NCBI GenBank assembly: GCA_963775685.1
Contig: CAVZJV010000014.1
Location: 1,664,001-1,728,000 of the forward strand
Direction of reading: 5' to 3'
DNA length: 64,000 nucleotides
DNA from: Candidatus Bathyarchaeota archaeon
Lineage (GTDB): Archaea; Thermoproteota; Bathyarchaeia; Bathyarchaeales; Bathycorpusculaceae
The stretch's first letter is position 1. The number at the start of each line of letters is the position of its first letter. This document shows, piece by piece, positions 61,077-64,000 of this stretch. The notes beneath the pieces were generated by a model that was not told the origin of the DNA, did not search any database, and was given only the letters and a program-made list of their open reading frames with translations. Made by a program: the position numbers and the translations under genes.

Positions 61077-61991
61077 CTAGGTCTTGGCTTGTTTTTGTTG
61101 GGCGTAGTCGATGAATCCTTTGACGCAGTTCTCAAGCATCGTTTTTGAGTAAATCTTATGGGACTTCACGTATCCGCTTACCCGATTCATTACCTTGTCC
61201 TTTTGGATTATCCTGTCCCGAATTTGTTCTAAACTCTGGTTTTTCTTGGCACCATCTTCAGCGATGTCCGCCCAAAGCTGAAGCTGAACCTTGTAATCTT
61301 TAAGACGCTGCACAGCATCGGTGGCTTTTCCGAAGTGGCTAAAGTACAGAACCGTTGGGTTAAGGCTGATTAGTTTATCCAAAGAAGCCACTGCGATTTC
61401 AAGATGGAAAGGCGGCGGAGTTGTCGGCACGATGACATCATACATTGGAAGGTAGGTGCCAGCGGCATCTCCCGGGAAAATGCCTCCGTTGAAGGATTCA
61501 TGAAAACTCAGGTTATGTGAGGCGTGACCGAGGGTTTCTATGACTTTTAATTTGGAACCGAACCCTAAGTCAAAAGAGCCATCAAGCGTTGGGATTATTC
61601 TTTCTTTTGGGACTGGTTCGGGTTTGTCAAAGATGTCGCTGATAAATCCAAGGACTGATTGGGATGAATGCCATAATCGTTCTGGGTCAACAAGGTGAGG
61701 CATACCCCTTGGATGAACAACGATTTTAGCGTTTGGAAGCGACTTTAGCAGGGTGCCTGCGCCCCCTCCGTGGTCAAGGTGAACATGGGTAACGGCAACG
61801 TATTCTACGTCTTCGAAGCGGATGTTTAGCTCCTTTAAGCCCGAGAGCAGATTTGGAACAGAAGATGTTGGTCCGGACTCGACAAGAATGGGTTTCTCGC
61901 CCAATATTATGTAACTGCAGATTAAATGTTCAAAGCCACCCATCACCAGGTCAACCATGAACAGATTTTCTCCTACTTGTTTGGTATGCAA
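61077..61991 (-). CDS. MBL-fold metallo-hydrolase
   Basis: THVHLDHGGG, GHASH, GDAAG, HFG. Confidence 0.92.
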   Translation of the reverse strand: MHTKQVGENLFMVDLVMGGFEHLICSYIILGEKPILVESGPTSSVPNLLSGLKELNIRFEDVEYVAVTHVHLDHGGGAGTLLKSLPNAKIVVHPRGMPHLVDPERLWHSSQSVLGFISDIFDKPEPVPKERIIPTLDGSFDLGFGSKLKVIETLGHASHNLSFHESFNGGIFPGDAAGTYLPMYDVIVPTTPPPFHLEIAVASLDKLISLNPTVLYFSHFGKATDAVQRLKDYKVQLQLWADIAEDGAKKNQSLEQIRDRIIQKDKVMNRVSGYVKSHKIYSKTMLENCVKGFIDYAQQKQAKT

Positions 61992-62108
61992 CCGTTAGCA
62001 CCTTACTCCAGTTTGTGTAGTGATGTATTAACCATAAATGTTGACTGACAATAAAACTTAATTATGCATCTTTAATGTAACAAAGAGAATACAGGTGAAA
62101 ACAACAGT

Positions 62109-62765
62109 ATGTTAAAAGCCATAATCTTTGGGGCGCCAGGAGCAGGTAAAGGCACCTATGCATCGCGTCTTCAAGCCAAACTCGGCGTTGACGTTATTTC
62201 AATGGGAGATATTTTCCGTGAACTTGTTAAAGAAAAATCGGAACTTAGCAGCAAGGTTAAAAGTTACATGGAAAAAGGAGCGTTGGTTCCCGACGACGTG
62301 GTCGTTGAAGTTTTAAAGGCCCATTTAGCCAAGATTTCTAAAGGAAATGGCTTTATCCTCGACGGTTACCCGCGCACACTTGACCAAGCAAAAAAACTTG
62401 ACACCATCACAAAAATCGACGTCATCATGCAACTAAATGTTCCCGACTGGATAATCATCGAACGCCTATCCACCCGAAGAATCTGCAAGAACTGTGGTAC
62501 AGTCTACAACGTGAAATTTTTAAAACCCAAAGTTGAAGGTATCTGTGACAAATGTGGCGGACCCCTCTATCAGCGCTCAGATGACAACCCAGAAACCATA
62601 AAGAACCGACTCAAAGTCTACCAAGAACAAACCAGCCCACTTATTACGTTCTACAAGGAAAAGAAGATCCCCTTCATAGAACTTGAAACAAAAACCCTTG
62701 AACAGCCACCAGAGCCAATGGTTGAAAAACTGTTCACAGAACTAAAGAACCTAAAACTCGCTTAG
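62109..62765 (+). CDS. adk: Adenylate kinase (long type with zinc lid)
   Basis: GAPGAGKGT, LDGYPR, CKNC...CDKC, RSDD. Confidence 0.95.
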   Translation: MLKAIIFGAPGAGKGTYASRLQAKLGVDVISMGDIFRELVKEKSELSSKVKSYMEKGALVPDDVVVEVLKAHLAKISKGNGFILDGYPRTLDQAKKLDTITKIDVIMQLNVPDWIIIERLSTRRICKNCGTVYNVKFLKPKVEGICDKCGGPLYQRSDDNPETIKNRLKVYQEQTSPLITFYKEKKIPFIELETKTLEQPPEPMVEKLFTELKNLKLA

Positions 62766-63211
62766 ATGTCGAGGATAAACTCCAAAATCACCCGATCCAT
62801 CTCGCGGATAACTACCATGCGATGGTAGGTTACTGCTTTGACAGCGACCTTTTGCGGGTGCTTTTGGGGATCAAATTTTTCTCCCCAAACTTTTGCGCTA
62901 AATTTGAAGCTTTCAGGTGTTTCTTTCCAGTTTGTTATTTTGAATTTTGAGTAGAGCATGTTTTCGGTTTCAAACTTGACCAACAGCGCCTCAAGCCAGC
63001 TATAGAGAAGAGCATATTGGTCTTCTGCTGCAATCTCAACGATTGCTTCTTGAGTCGGAGCGATTTTTTCGGTGTCAGTCATTGTTTCAAACATCGAAAG
63101 CGCTGCGTTTTCGTATGCTTCCTCCATAGAGTTGCCGTGTGCTCGAACATAAACATCCGCGGTGTGCTCCAGAAACTCGAATCTTCCTGCAAATTTGTCG
63201 GCTTTACTCAT
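62762..63211 (-). CDS. Archease
   Basis: FLEHTAD, VKAVTYH, ILDI C-terminus. Confidence 0.95.
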   Translation of the reverse strand: MSKADKFAGRFEFLEHTADVYVRAHGNSMEEAYENAALSMFETMTDTEKIAPTQEAIVEIAAEDQYALLYSWLEALLVKFETENMLYSKFKITNWKETPESFKFSAKVWGEKFDPQKHPQKVAVKAVTYHRMVVIREMDRVILEFILDI

Positions 63212-63331
63212 ACCCTATGACCAATAAGAAGTAAAACAAAGGGCTAGAATAAAAACAAATTTTAGATCTATGTCTTCGCTGCTTCAAATAAGAGAGAATA
63301 TCAACTTAGGAGAGTTCGTAGTGGTCTTGGA

Positions 63332-64000
63332 TTAGAAGTGATTTGTGATTGTTTGTATTGCTGCGGCGGTTAGTTTAGCCGAGTTTTCTATGTCTTTTAA
63401 GCTGAGCATGCCGACTGGACTGTGTATGTACCGTGTAGGGATTGAGACCGTTCCGCAGGGAATACCTTGGCGGGTGATGGAAATTCTTGCGGCGTCTGTG
63501 CTTCCCAGTAACCCTGACTCAAGTTGGAAGGGGATTTTTTCTTCTTCCGCCGTGTCGATTAGCCACCGCAAGACCTTTGGGTGAGTTATCAAGCCTGAAT
63601 CGCTTATGGTTAATGCAGGTCCTTTGCCCATCTTAACGGTGGTGTCGAATTCTCTTACACCTGGAACATCTCCGGCTATGGTTACGTCAAGAGCTAATGC
63701 CAAGTCAGGGTCAACACCAAACGCTGCCGCAGCTGCTCCTCGTAAGCCGACTTCTTCTTGGACGGTACCAACAGCGCAGACCGTACATTCGGTTTGAGTA
63801 AGTAATTTTAGGGTTTCAACCATAGTTATACATCCTGCACGGTTGTCGAAGGCTTTGCCGATTACTGCATCTCCACCGAGTTTAGAGTATTTTACATCAA
63901 AAGCTACTGAGTCGCCGATTGAAACGCCAAGTTTGACCGCAGCCTCTTTGCTCTCAGCCCCAATATCAATGAAGAGGTCATCGTAAGTGATGATTTTTTT
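63332..64000 (-). CDS. M42-family aminopeptidase (partial)
   Basis: LFIDIG, GKAFDNR, VQEEVGLRGA, STDA, RYIHSP; continues beyond the window. Confidence 0.92.
   Translation of the reverse strand, partial: KKIITYDDLFIDIGAESKEAAVKLGVSIGDSVAFDVKYSKLGGDAVIGKAFDNRAGCITMVETLKLLTQTECTVCAVGTVQEEVGLRGAAAAAFGVDPDLALALDVTIAGDVPGVREFDTTVKMGKGPALTISDSGLITHPKVLRWLIDTAEEEKIPFQLESGLLGSTDAARISITRQGIPCGTVSIPTRYIHSPVGMLSLKDIENSAKLTAAAIQTITNHF

Noticed and set aside
136-63797. Numerous antisense and alternative-frame ORFs in the track (e.g. 136-537, 4297-4698, 28946-29482, 37304-37789, 60319-60753)
   Set aside because: They overlap well-supported genes and lack motifs; shadow ORFs
1-64000. CRISPR array, cas genes, intact integrase/transposase, rRNA
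   Set aside because: No regularly spaced repeat-spacer array and no recognisable motifs were seen

Overview
Archaeal chromosomal window, most consistent with Bathyarchaeia. This is inferred from TATA-type promoters, GGTGA/GGAGGTGA ribosome-binding sites, archaeal PGK, RtcB and archease, an Elf1-like gene and a Zn-ferredoxin. About 0.7-22.6 kb is a dense redox/metal/general-stress region: CopA+YHS, protein disulfide oxidoreductase, FprA, rubrerythrin, SOD, two ferredoxins, a disulfide reductase-glutaredoxin-ferredoxin:disulfide reductase operon, Nth, peroxiredoxin, HtrA, ferritin-like protein, flavodoxin and three tandem KGG proteins. About 22.9-28.7 kb is an accessory islet ending at tRNA-Arg(CCG), with two degenerate copies of the tRNA 3' end. 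About 29.5-48.4 kb holds gluconeogenesis and glycogen genes (stand-alone DUF2090 aldolase-like gene + GlpX, bacterial-type GAPDH, PGK, GT4s, GH57), interleaved with HypA/ATPase-type HypB, EndoQ and TldD/PmbA. The rest has two cyclophilins, tRNA-Gly(TCC), an AT-rich variable patch, RtcB, an MBL hydrolase, Adk, archease and a partial M42 peptidase. Best candidates for undescribed biology: (i) a putative glycogen-control circuit in which one DUF5752-like module is fused both to GH57 and to a winged helix divergent from a glycogen synthase-like GT4, plus a single-domain pseudo-GT4; (ii) a DUF2090-GlpX pair that may replace the archaeal bifunctional FBP aldolase/phosphatase; (iii) micro-ORF units with an identically positioned palindromic operator next to an RHH regulator. 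Several genes carry +1 insertions in homopolymer runs, probably sequencing errors. All family assignments are by eye from motifs, with no database search.
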